A DNA stretch of 25,479 nt from Bdellovibrionota bacterium (lineage in GTDB: Bacteria; Bdellovibrionota_C; UBA2361): contig JBILDU010000038.1 in assembly GCA_044352465.1 (NCBI GenBank), positions 1-25,479 on the forward strand. Direction: 5' to 3'. A model generated the notes under the pieces. That model did no database searches. It saw nothing but the letters and a program-made list of their open reading frames with translations, and was not told where the DNA came from. Positions within the stretch are counted from its first letter, which is position 1, and every line of letters begins with the position of its first letter. Shown in pieces: positions 11,440 to 20,094 of the stretch. The translations under genes and the position numbers were made by a program.

Positions 11440-11941
11440 ACCCGGGGCTACCTGACTGCTGTCTTGATTCAAAGAAGGGTACCGACGTCCGAGCAGCCAA
11501 ATTCTCCGTCGACACCCAATCGCGCTGGTCTTGCTCCTGCTCGAGAGGAGGGCCCTGCACGTATGCACCTCTCCAAACTTTCAATCCTCGTTCGGCTCGG
11601 ATGCGCGAACCAGAAGGACACCCGCTTTAGACACGGGCTCTTTGAGCCCACCACGGTTGGCCGTCGATGAGTTCGTGCTATGGACTACGCCAATGAACCG
11701 GCTGGACGATACCATAGCCCGCGATATCGGTCGAGCGTTGGCTGAGGTGGGGAGGGCTGGTGCCCAAGGTAAATGGTCTTGGCCCGTTACCCTCAGATTT
11801 TAGTGACGAAGCAAAGTTTCTTCACTTGGGGATAACCGAGGGATCACGAACTACCAGCGTTCCTGGAAATCGCTGGGGCGGGGCTGATCGGCCCAAAAAT
11901 GTTCCTCACCGATACTACGAAAAAACGGAGTGGGGTGAGGA

Positions 11942-12910
11942 CTAACGAAAATTCTCGGTCAAAGCCTTCGCTAGGATTGACAACACGACGCCGGTAGGTT
12001 TGTCGGATGTCGGTAACCCATCGAGGCTCGTTTTCTCCCCGTAACTCCACCGCCAGTTAAATCCGATGATCTTCATCTGGCCCCGTTCCTCTTTCATCAG
12101 GATCGGTTTTATCAAGAAGCGAGCCATTTCCGGGGTGATGGCGAGTATGGAGTTAGAGTGTTTGAAGATCTCTTTGATATCCCCGATTGAATAGAAGGTT
12201 TCGTGTTTCGCATCGAAGGGGGAGTCCTCACGTGGGCATGCACGGAGGATCACCCGAGCGGTGAAGTATCCGGCCACATCGCTTGGATCGTCGCGAGGAA
12301 ACTCGACCTGAAAGCCCGTCGGGGGGCCATCGGTGATGGAGAAGCCCGGAGTTGAATACTCGTAATATTCGCCCCGAATGCGATTAAGCACCACGCTTAG
12401 CTCTGCGAACGAGGTAAATGGATCGTTTTGACTACACGGAGAACCGAATGTTATCGGGCGGAAATGCCCGGTTTTAGCGAGCACGGTGAGGCGCTCTCGT
12501 GCGCCGTTATTATCCTCGTGCTTGTATAACGAACCATCGGCGCCCTTAATCGAGATGTGACCGTAAGCAAAATTATTGCCCCGAGTGTGCCGTATGGTGA
12601 GTCGTATCGCTGTTCCCGGAGGAAGTACGGGGTCGAGCTCCATCGTCGTCAGCCCATCGGTAACGATGCCAAAAGTGAACAGCGTAGTGTTCGGTAAGGA
12701 ACGAGGACTGACACAGACGTTCGGTGGCGGGGCGACGAATACGGTTGTCTCTGGATAGCGTATATCGAGCGCCTCGAGCGCGAAAGGCACGGAAGCTTGA
12801 GTTTCACCTGGCTCGGGGGGGCAGAGAGGTATATCAGCGTGCGCCAACGCTGAAAGTAGGGACGCTGAGAGTAGAAGCAGGAGGCTTAAAGGAGATGTCG
12901 TTCGTCGCAT
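11942..12910 (-). CDS. Secreted hypothetical protein
   Basis: 322-aa ORF with a clear signal peptide (MRRTTSPLSLLLLLSASLLSALAHA-D) and four Cys. It begins 3 nt after the upstream gene. No family recognised. Confidence 0.7.
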   Translation of the reverse strand: MRRTTSPLSLLLLLSASLLSALAHADIPLCPPEPGETQASVPFALEALDIRYPETTVFVAPPPNVCVSPRSLPNTTLFTFGIVTDGLTTMELDPVLPPGTAIRLTIRHTRGNNFAYGHISIKGADGSLYKHEDNNGARERLTVLAKTGHFRPITFGSPCSQNDPFTSFAELSVVLNRIRGEYYEYSTPGFSITDGPPTGFQVEFPRDDPSDVAGYFTARVILRACPREDSPFDAKHETFYSIGDIKEIFKHSNSILAITPEMARFLIKPILMKEERGQMKIIGFNWRWSYGEKTSLDGLPTSDKPTGVVLSILAKALTENFR

Positions 12911-12913
12911 AAT

Positions 12914-13360
12914 CTACTTCTTCCTCAGGGTCCCACTGTAAAGGAGGGTGCAGTTCTCCTCCTCCTCTTCAAATCCCTTGGCCACGACACGCCAAGTGGC
13001 CCGCAGCGTCCTCCTATTCCAATCCTCCAAATAAAGAGTATTCGTCTCTGTGCCTCCACTCCTGTATTTGTAGACGGCCTGTAGAGGGAGAGTTTGTCCG
13101 CCCTTCGCTCCGCGCACGACTCGGCCGGTCGACCCATACATGGGAAATGTCGCCACTGCGGTGCGATTCTGTACGGCAACGCGGAAAAGAAACGATAGGG
13201 TGGAGGGCGGACGTGCTCCATCGCGGCATCTGCCCGATCGATAGATAAGCCTTCCGCCTACTTCGAAACCCTCTGCGTCGCTTTGCGCATAGACAGGTCG
13301 GATTGGAGATGCCGCTATAACGGTGAGAGTTACTAGTAAGATACCGAGGAGTCGCGCCAT
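12914..13360 (-). CDS. Small secreted hypothetical protein
   Basis: 148 aa with a signal peptide (MARLLGILLVTLTVIAASPIRPVYA-Q), two Cys near the two ends of the mature chain, beta-strand-like alternation and an AAGGG RBS. Confidence 0.7.
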   Translation of the reverse strand: MARLLGILLVTLTVIAASPIRPVYAQSDAEGFEVGGRLIYRSGRCRDGARPPSTLSFLFRVAVQNRTAVATFPMYGSTGRVVRGAKGGQTLPLQAVYKYRSGGTETNTLYLEDWNRRTLRATWRVVAKGFEEEEENCTLLYSGTLRKK

Positions 13361-13383
13361 GCTTAACCCTTAGTGACATCCCC

Positions 13384-13412
13384 AGGTCGGCCGAGGAGCG
13401 CTCGAACTTTAG
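13384..13412 (-). promoter_or_regulatory. Putative sigma28 (FliA)-type promoter
   Basis: Minus strand reads cTAAA-gttcgagcgctcctcg(16 nt)-GCCGACCT, 24 nt upstream of the ATG at 13360. Confidence 0.55.
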
Positions 13413-13605
13413 TAATAAGGGTTAATTCTCCTCCATCGAGCGGGGTGGGTGGCTTTTCACCGTCGTGGGCCACGGCATGCTGCCGGTGTGGTTGGTACGA
13501 TGACGTGGCTGGAATCCTGCATGGGGACAGAGGTCCTCCGTCCACCAGCTCCTCCAGGGCGCTGCGTTGGCCGATGGTAGCGGCCGCAACCCCCTTTTCC
13601 CCAAA

Positions 13606-15129
13606 CTACAGCTGCTCCGCGTGAGAAGCTCGATATCCCCGGACGACCCGATAGTAGTAGCTGCCAACCGGTTGTCCGTCGCGACGCTTCGTTACCTCAC
13701 CGATCGCACCCTGATGCTCGGTTTGGGCGGCGATCTCCGGAAACTCGAGGTCACTCCTCGTGCGGCTGACGAGGATAAGGGTGCGACCCTCCGCAACGAC
13801 AGCCGGTGACCAAAAACGATACATGAGGCTCGGTTGCCCAAAGATGTTTCGTCCACCAACCTCGAGGGGAAGGGCGGTCGGATCCGCGAGTGTGAGCTTC
13901 TTCGTATAAAAGGCGAGTTCGCTTGCGATGTAATGTTTATCCATCCCGATCAGGAGTGGGGTTTCGCCGGTGGAGTCCTTGACCTCTCGGGCGATCCCGT
14001 TGAGCTGCCTCGCCAGATCATCCCATTCAACGAATTTGTGAAGCTTCTTCGAGTACGGTACCCCTGGGATCGTGGGCCCGATATAGGTGAGTGCGACTGA
14101 GTAAAAAATCGCGAGCACCGGTAGCGTGATCCGCCACCCCCGGCTGAAGAGACGCGGCAGGCTCGTTGCCTCGGAGAGGGAGTATCCGAGTACGGGAAGC
14201 GCCCCTAAGAACGCCGGCCCGGTCCAGTTAATCCGAGTCTCCCGCGAGAGGCTAAAGAAAAGAAAAATGAGGACCGGCACGAACGTCATGACGGTAAGAA
14301 AAAGCTTCGAGCGAGTGTCCTTAAAGGGGAACGGTGCAGCCTTAAATCCCCGCCACACCGCGGCGATACCGATCGGGGTGAGGATGACGAGCATATCGAG
14401 AAGGAGCATGTGAAGGTAGAACTCGCTCTTCTCCTCAAGTCGACGCGAGCCCTGAAAAGTGAAGGAGGCCCAATCGTGGGTGTAGTTCCAATAGATCACC
14501 GGTGAGAATACGAGTGCCGCGACGAGTGCGGCTAGGTACGGGCGTGGTGAGAGGAACTGTTTACGGGCGATAGGATCGACGAGCATAAAAACCGCGGTCG
14601 AAAGCCCGAGGAGTGCGATGGTATATTTCGAGAGCATCCCCAACCCGAGAGCGAGTCCGATGCCCCACCAGGCGTTAAGGCTTTGAACAACGAGTGCGCG
14701 GTAGAGCAGATAGAGCGCGCCCGCCCAGCACGCAACCAGTGGTGCATCGGGGGTCATCATCCAGGTGGAGCCGAAGAAGAAGGGGAGCGCGGCGAAAAGA
14801 GCGAGCGCGGCCGTCGCTGCGCGCGGGGTGAATATGGCGCTTGTGAGCTTATAGATAAAAAAAGCTGCGATTACCCAGCAGACCACCCCGCTGATACGTA
14901 CCCCGAACTCGTTGTGGCCGAGGAGCGCGGTGCCGAGGTGAATAAGCACCGCGACCGCGGGGGGATGATCGAGGTAGCCGGGGGAGAGATGGGCGGCGTA
15001 CTGCCAGTAGTACGCCTCTTCGACGAGGAGATCGGGGAAGCCTATCGAGACGAGTCGTAGGATTAGGAACACTGCGATCCACACCTTTGGATCGGTTGTA
15101 TGTTTTTCAAGAGAAGAGGTAGCTGCCAT
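13606..15129 (-). CDS. ArnT/PMT-like (GT39/GT83-type, GT-C fold) membrane glycosyltransferase
   Basis: EEAYYWQYAAHLSPGYLDHPP, EFGVR, MTPDAPL, GLGMLSKY, PVIYWN..HDWASF.FQ, NWTGPAF, with many transmembrane segments. Confidence 0.85.
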   Translation of the reverse strand: MAATSSLEKHTTDPKVWIAVFLILRLVSIGFPDLLVEEAYYWQYAAHLSPGYLDHPPAVAVLIHLGTALLGHNEFGVRISGVVCWVIAAFFIYKLTSAIFTPRAATAALALFAALPFFFGSTWMMTPDAPLVACWAGALYLLYRALVVQSLNAWWGIGLALGLGMLSKYTIALLGLSTAVFMLVDPIARKQFLSPRPYLAALVAALVFSPVIYWNYTHDWASFTFQGSRRLEEKSEFYLHMLLLDMLVILTPIGIAAVWRGFKAAPFPFKDTRSKLFLTVMTFVPVLIFLFFSLSRETRINWTGPAFLGALPVLGYSLSEATSLPRLFSRGWRITLPVLAIFYSVALTYIGPTIPGVPYSKKLHKFVEWDDLARQLNGIAREVKDSTGETPLLIGMDKHYIASELAFYTKKLTLADPTALPLEVGGRNIFGQPSLMYRFWSPAVVAEGRTLILVSRTRSDLEFPEIAAQTEHQGAIGEVTKRRDGQPVGSYYYRVVRGYRASHAEQL

Positions 15130-15322
15130 CTGAACCCTGCACGCGGAGACGTTTTCGGCTCGAGTCTACGCCGCTACGCGCACGCCCCGCAAGCAACGGG
15201 GGACGCTACTGGGGGGACCTCTCGCCATCGCCGGGGTAGACGAAAAGAGCCCCAGAGCGCGGCCTTTTTCAAGGAAGATGTGATCGGGCCGGATGTCGTC
15301 TCGCCACGGACCTACCGGTGGG

Positions 15323-16327
15323 TCATTTCGATAGCAACGGATACACGACCTTCCAATCCCGTTTCATGTCGACCACGGTCCAGCCGTTGTCACCCGCTGC
15401 TGCCAACGCCTTATCGAGTCGACCAACGCTCGACTCTCGATCGTATCGCCACTCCCGCTCACCATCGGTGTGGTGAAGAATAAGGGCGAAGCCGGGGCGA
15501 GCGCCGAGTGTCGCCCACTCGAGCATCTGAAGATCTCCATCGGAGTTCCCGAACGCAGCGATCGGACGGCGGCCTATATGGAGGTGGATGCCAACCGGTT
15601 TGCCTGCTTTATCATCGATAAAGTTCAGGGCGGGCTGACGAACGAGCACCGGTCTGCCATCTCGCATCTCGTACGTCACCTTGATGCTGCTTCCGATGAC
15701 CTGCTCGGGGGGGATGCCGTACACCGTTTCCACCCACGGCCGCATAAACTCAATGCCTCCACCGGAGACGATGAAGGTCTTAAAGTCGTTTTTGCGAAGG
15801 TAGGTCAGGAGTTCAAGCATCGGTTGATAGACCATCTCGGTCAGAAGCCTTTTTGTCGTTGGATGTCTCGCGGTGGCGATCCAATCCCGCACGAGTGCAT
15901 CGAACTCCTCGGTGGTGGTGCCCGCATGAGTCGCCATCACGATCTCGACTATCGCGGGTTCCCCACCCGCGAGCGCCGCTTTCACGTCACCCCTCAAGAG
16001 CGAGGCAAACGGCTGCTTCGTAGCCCATTCAGGGTGGGCAGGCGCCAGAGCCTTCACGCGGTCGAGCGCAAAGAGGAGTTGAAAGTACATCGGTTGCTCG
16101 GGCCAGAGCATGCCGTCGTTATCGAACGTCGCGATCCGTTCGCTTTTCGGGACGAAGTTCGGATGAGCTGCGTCGGTTGTTTGTGTCACAAAATCGATTA
16201 TCGCTTGCTTTGAGCTTCCGGCGTTCCACGAGGGAAGGGGATCGGTTACTTGAGCCACGGCGAGGTCGCCGCACACAAAAACGATGACGAGGATGATCGT
16301 GTAGGTGAATTTGGTCAGCATGGTCAC
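15323..16327 (-). CDS. Exported HAD-superfamily hydrolase (nonspecific acid phosphatase-like)
   Basis: Signal peptide, DPLPSWN, IATFDNDGMLWPEQP (DxD motif I), FIVSGGG (motif II), GKP and AFGNSDGDLQML (motif IV). The start may be the ATG at 16321. Confidence 0.88.
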   Translation of the reverse strand: MTMLTKFTYTIILVIVFVCGDLAVAQVTDPLPSWNAGSSKQAIIDFVTQTTDAAHPNFVPKSERIATFDNDGMLWPEQPMYFQLLFALDRVKALAPAHPEWATKQPFASLLRGDVKAALAGGEPAIVEIVMATHAGTTTEEFDALVRDWIATARHPTTKRLLTEMVYQPMLELLTYLRKNDFKTFIVSGGGIEFMRPWVETVYGIPPEQVIGSSIKVTYEMRDGRPVLVRQPALNFIDDKAGKPVGIHLHIGRRPIAAFGNSDGDLQMLEWATLGARPGFALILHHTDGEREWRYDRESSVGRLDKALAAAGDNGWTVVDMKRDWKVVYPLLSK

Positions 16328-16384
16328 TTGTAACGGTATGAGTTGAAAAAGTAGGACGCGAGCGCGGCTCTACCCGGTGTCCTC

Positions 16385-16467
16385 TGGTGCCCCTAAAAAC
16401 CGGGGCGAGTGCTTTCGTATAAAAAGCCCCGCCCCGGTTTACGAGCACCATCCCCGGAGTGGGATGG
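16385..16467 (-). other. Structured intercistronic element (long interrupted hairpin plus small hairpin)
   Basis: AAACCGGGGCG (16397-16407) / CGCCCCGGTTT (16430-16440), inner GCTTT/AAAGC, outer TGGTGC/GCACCA. A second stem is CCATCCC/GGGATGG (16448-16467). Confidence 0.6.
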
Positions 16468-16489
16468 CGCTTCGATGAGAGCTCTGCGG

Positions 16490-18037
16490 TTAGTTCCTCT
16501 GCGGAGCGGTTACCGCCTCCATCACCCGGTCGAGGTTGAAGGACCCCGGTTTTTGGCGGGGTGGGAATTGGCGGAAGCTCTGGAGCCAGTTACCGACGTA
16601 CGCGCCCGCCGGGGCGATAACGAACATGTGTTCGAGGAACCACCGGTTGTAATCCATCCCGATCTCGTGGGCGAGCTCGAACGGGTCCATCCTGAGGTTC
16701 GTAATCATCGGCGCGCGGAGAACCTCGAACGGCTCGAGCCACACGTGCATGCCGTGAGCGTTCTGGCGGAGGAAGGTGATCTTCCAGTTCTCGTACCGGA
16801 GCGCTGCTACTGAACCATCATCGGTCCAATAGATAAACTCTTTCCGAGGCCACGCCGCTTCCCCCTTGAGAGCGGGGATGAGGTTGTAGCCGTCGAGGTG
16901 AACCTTGTAGGTCATCGCCCCGACTTTACGACCTTTGAGGAGGTCCTCCTTCACGGTCGTATCACCCGCGGCTGCAAGGAGGGTGGTCATCATATCCTCG
17001 TGCGCGCCGATGTCATTTACGATCGTACCGGGCTTGATCACCCCCGGCCACCGGATAAGACACGGCACTCTGTAGCCACCCTCCCATTGGGTGTTCTTCT
17101 CACCGCGGAACATCGTCGTACCACCATCGGGCCAGGTGAATGCCTCGGCGCCGTTATCGGTCGAGTACATCACGATGGTGTTCTCATCGAGTCCGAGCTC
17201 TTTGAGTTTAGCGAGGAGCTCACCAACCTGACGATCGTGCTCAACCATACCATCGGCGTAGATCCCGAGCCCGGTCTTCCCCGCGACACCCTCTTTTAAG
17301 TGGGTGAAGATGTGCATCTTGGTCGAGTTCCACCACACGAAGAACGGCTTGTCGGCCTCCTTCGCTCGGGTGATGAAGTCGAGCGCCTTTTCGCTCACCT
17401 CTTCGTCGAACGTTTCCATCCGTTTTCGGGTAAGCGGTCCGGTATCAGTCGTCTTTCCGTCGGCGAAGCTGTGAAAAACTCCGCGGGGACCGAATTTCTT
17501 TTTGAACTCAGGGTTTTTCGGATAATCGGGGTGCTCCGGCTCCTCCTCGGCGTTCAAGTGATAGAGGTTGCCGTAGAACTCATCGAAGCCGTGCTTCGTC
17601 GGCAACATCTCGTCTCGATCCCCTAAGTGGTTCTTCCCGAACTGCCCGGTGACGTAGCCCTGGGCTTTTAGGAGGGTCGCGATGGTGGGATCCTCTTTCT
17701 GCATCCCCTCCGGTGCGCCCGGAAGACCGACCTTCGTGAGGCCCGTACGTATCGGGGACTGACCGGTGATAAACGCGGCTCGTCCGGCGGTGCAGCTCTG
17801 CTGCCCGTACCAGTCGGTGAAGAGCGCGCCTTCCTTTCCGATCGAATCGATGTGCGGGGTTTTGTACCCCATCATGCCCATGTTGTAAGCACCGACGTTG
17901 AAGCCACCGATGTCGTCGCCCCAGATGACGAGGATATTGGGCTTCTTTGATCCCTGGGCGTTCGCAGTAGTCACGAGGTATGAGATAGCGAGCGCCACGG
18001 CGCACACCGCTCTAAAAATAGACGGGATTAATCTCAC
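16490..18037 (-). CDS. Cys-type arylsulfatase (formylglycine-dependent sulfatase family), exported
   Basis: KPNILVIWGDDIG, QSCTAGRAAFITG (modification motif), GY.TGQFGKNHLG, HGFDEFYG, YSTDNG, GEKNTQWEGGYRVP..IRWPG. Likely GTG start at 18037 after GGGAGG; signal peptide ends ANA-Q. Confidence 0.93.
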   Translation of the reverse strand: MRLIPSIFRAVCAVALAISYLVTTANAQGSKKPNILVIWGDDIGGFNVGAYNMGMMGYKTPHIDSIGKEGALFTDWYGQQSCTAGRAAFITGQSPIRTGLTKVGLPGAPEGMQKEDPTIATLLKAQGYVTGQFGKNHLGDRDEMLPTKHGFDEFYGNLYHLNAEEEPEHPDYPKNPEFKKKFGPRGVFHSFADGKTTDTGPLTRKRMETFDEEVSEKALDFITRAKEADKPFFVWWNSTKMHIFTHLKEGVAGKTGLGIYADGMVEHDRQVGELLAKLKELGLDENTIVMYSTDNGAEAFTWPDGGTTMFRGEKNTQWEGGYRVPCLIRWPGVIKPGTIVNDIGAHEDMMTTLLAAAGDTTVKEDLLKGRKVGAMTYKVHLDGYNLIPALKGEAAWPRKEFIYWTDDGSVAALRYENWKITFLRQNAHGMHVWLEPFEVLRAPMITNLRMDPFELAHEIGMDYNRWFLEHMFVIAPAGAYVGNWLQSFRQFPPRQKPGSFNLDRVMEAVTAPQRN

Positions 18038-18199
18038 AGCGTTCCTCCCAAGAAGCACTAAAAGCAAAGTGGGTATATCGATAAACGGCTATTAATACAA
18101 TGATTTTATTCAGCCAAGCGGTATGGTATGACCGCTTCTGCGGAGAATCTACGCCATAGGCGATAATTTTAAGGGTCGGCGTTTTATTGGGGGTAGCCA

Positions 18200-18955
18200 G
18201 TGTTTCAAAAGTTCGGTTCGTTCCTTCTGTGTGGCGCGGTGTGGATGTCGGCCTCCGTGTGTCGGGCGGATGATTGGGAGTTCGCCGTCGCGCCGTACGG
18301 ACTTCTCCCCTCGATCACCGGGGACGCCGCGGTTGGACGGATAGATGACGCTGAGGTCGAGCTCGACCCGGGTGATGTGCTCGAGTCGCTCGAGTTTGGA
18401 GCGATGCTCGAAGTCGAGGCGCGTCACTCGAGCGGGTACGGTGTATTGCTTAATTATGCGTTCATGAACCTCGGTGATAACGCGACGGGGCCGCGCGGCT
18501 TCACCGATTTCGACGCCGACATCTTTCAAGGGATGCTTGAGGGATTCGGGACCTACCGCTTTAAGCTCGAAGATAGCGCCCTCGATGCGTACGCCGGTGT
18601 GCGGTGGTGGGACATCAATATCGACGTTGAGGCAACGAGCCCGCGCGGTTCGCGGAGCTTGAGTCGGGACAAAGACTGGGTCGATCCGGTTCTGGGCCTC
18701 CGGTGGCTCCCACGCCTTGACGAATCGTGGCGGCTCCTCCTCCAAGGCGACGTCGGTGGTTTCGATATCGCGTCGCATTTCACCTGGAGTGTGCAAGGTG
18801 GTGCGGTCTGGGATGGGGGAGAGAGCTGGTCGATAGTGCTTCTCTACAAGTTCTTATCGGTCGATTATGAAACGGGGAACAGGAACACCCCGAGCTATTT
18901 CGCCTACGATACGATAACTCAGGGTCCGCTCCTCGGCGTTGTGTTTCGATTCTAG
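18200..18955 (+). CDS. Outer-membrane beta-barrel protein
   Basis: Signal peptide, WEFAVAPYGLLPSITGD, WVDPVLGLR, GDVGGF, alternating beta strands and a C-terminal GPLLGVVFRF ending in Phe (BAM beta-signal-like). Confidence 0.8.
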   Translation: MFQKFGSFLLCGAVWMSASVCRADDWEFAVAPYGLLPSITGDAAVGRIDDAEVELDPGDVLESLEFGAMLEVEARHSSGYGVLLNYAFMNLGDNATGPRGFTDFDADIFQGMLEGFGTYRFKLEDSALDAYAGVRWWDINIDVEATSPRGSRSLSRDKDWVDPVLGLRWLPRLDESWRLLLQGDVGGFDIASHFTWSVQGGAVWDGGESWSIVLLYKFLSVDYETGNRNTPSYFAYDTITQGPLLGVVFRF

Positions 18956-18968
18956 GTACGGGGCGATC

Positions 18969-20012
18969 GTGAAGGCACTGTGGGCGATCGTCGTGGCGCT
19001 GTCCGTTTTTGGGGGAGCGGGTGGAGCGTTCGGAGCGGGTCCCGAGACCGCGACGCCTCCGCGCGGAATGGTGTTGATTCCGGGGGGCTCGTTTTCGATG
19101 GGGAGCGCGGACGAGACGAGCCGAGCGAACGAGAGGCCTCCTCACACCGTGACGGTCGACCCCTTCTTTCTCGATACCCGTCCCGTCACGAACGCGGAGT
19201 TCGAGCGATTTGTCAAAGCCACCGGCTACAAAACAACGGCGGAGAAAGCGCCCACCTGGGAGGAGCTACAGAAACAGCTTCCCCCTGGCGCACCGAAACC
19301 GGATGAATCGGTCTTCGTTGCAGGCTCACTTGTGTTTACCCCATCTGCGGGGCCGGTCGATCGAGCCGATATGCGGAATTTTTGGCGGTGGGTGCGGGGA
19401 GCGAATTGGCGGCACCCAGAGGGGCCGGGGAGTGATTTAAAAGGTCGGATGAATCATCCGGTCGTGCACGTCTCGTGGTTTGATGCGAACGCGTATGCGA
19501 AATGGGCGGGGAAGCGGCTCCCGACTGAAGCGGAGTGGGAGTTCTCAGCGCGTGGGGGACTCTCTGGAAAACGATACCCCTGGGGTGATGAAGAGCGGCC
19601 GGAGGGGCGCTTTATGGCGAATACTTGGCAGGGGGATTTTCCGTATCGAAACACCGGTGAGGACGGTTTTGTCGGTGCTGCGCCGGTGGGGTCGTTCCCG
19701 GCAAACGGGTATGGGCTTGTCGATATGGTGGGTAACGTTTGGCAGTGGGTGAGCGATCTGTATCGCCCTGATACGTTTGCTGAGCGAGCTGAGGACAAGT
19801 TGTCGTGCCACAATCCGACGGGCCCCAAGACGAGTGCGCAGACGGTAAATCGAGCCCAAGAGGAAAGGGTCACAAAGGGCGGATCGTTTCTGTGCCATGA
19901 AAGCTACTGCTTGAGCTATCGACCCGCCGCACGTCGCGGCACGCCCCCCGACACCGGTATGTCCCACATCGGCTTTCGTTGTGCCAAGTCGGTGGAGCGC
20001 GCGGGGAAGTAA
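18969..20012 (+). CDS. Formylglycine-generating enzyme (SUMF1/FGE-sulfatase family)
   Basis: MVLIPGGSFSMGS, E.P.H.V.V, VTNAEF..FV, GANWRHPEGP, HPVVHVSW.DA.AY, KRLPTEAEWE, ANTWQGDFP, NGYGL.DM.GNVWQW and KGGSFLCHESYCLSYRPAAR (both active-site Cys), HIGFRC. Likely GTG start at 18969, followed by a signal-like segment. Confidence 0.92.
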   Translation: MKALWAIVVALSVFGGAGGAFGAGPETATPPRGMVLIPGGSFSMGSADETSRANERPPHTVTVDPFFLDTRPVTNAEFERFVKATGYKTTAEKAPTWEELQKQLPPGAPKPDESVFVAGSLVFTPSAGPVDRADMRNFWRWVRGANWRHPEGPGSDLKGRMNHPVVHVSWFDANAYAKWAGKRLPTEAEWEFSARGGLSGKRYPWGDEERPEGRFMANTWQGDFPYRNTGEDGFVGAAPVGSFPANGYGLVDMVGNVWQWVSDLYRPDTFAERAEDKLSCHNPTGPKTSAQTVNRAQEERVTKGGSFLCHESYCLSYRPAARRGTPPDTGMSHIGFRCAKSVERAGK

Positions 20013-20094
20013 TCCTTGCCTTGGTTCTTTCCCCCGGTTAGTCTAGAGGGCGGTGTGTAGGCTTTTTTAAGCCCTTTATATTCGGTGAAGTCCT

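Noticed and set aside
11440..11568. 43-aa N-terminal extension of SbtA in the ORF track
   Set aside because: Family-like sequence begins at MLDIIIANL (ATG 11439); the extension has no permease character.
11464..12050. Short ORFs 11464-11670, 11469-11654, 11531-11803, 11760-11945, 11844-12050
   Set aside because: Mutually overlapping, no RBS or recognisable motif; treated as non-coding.
15470..16213. 247-aa plus-strand ORF
   Set aside because: Fully antisense to the HAD hydrolase, which carries all family motifs.
18969..20012. FGE-domain gene as a diversity-generating retroelement target
   Set aside because: FGE-fold proteins can be DGR targets, but I saw no template repeat of its 3' end and no reverse transcriptase, and the catalytic Cys pair and adjacent sulfatase indicate a genuine maturase.
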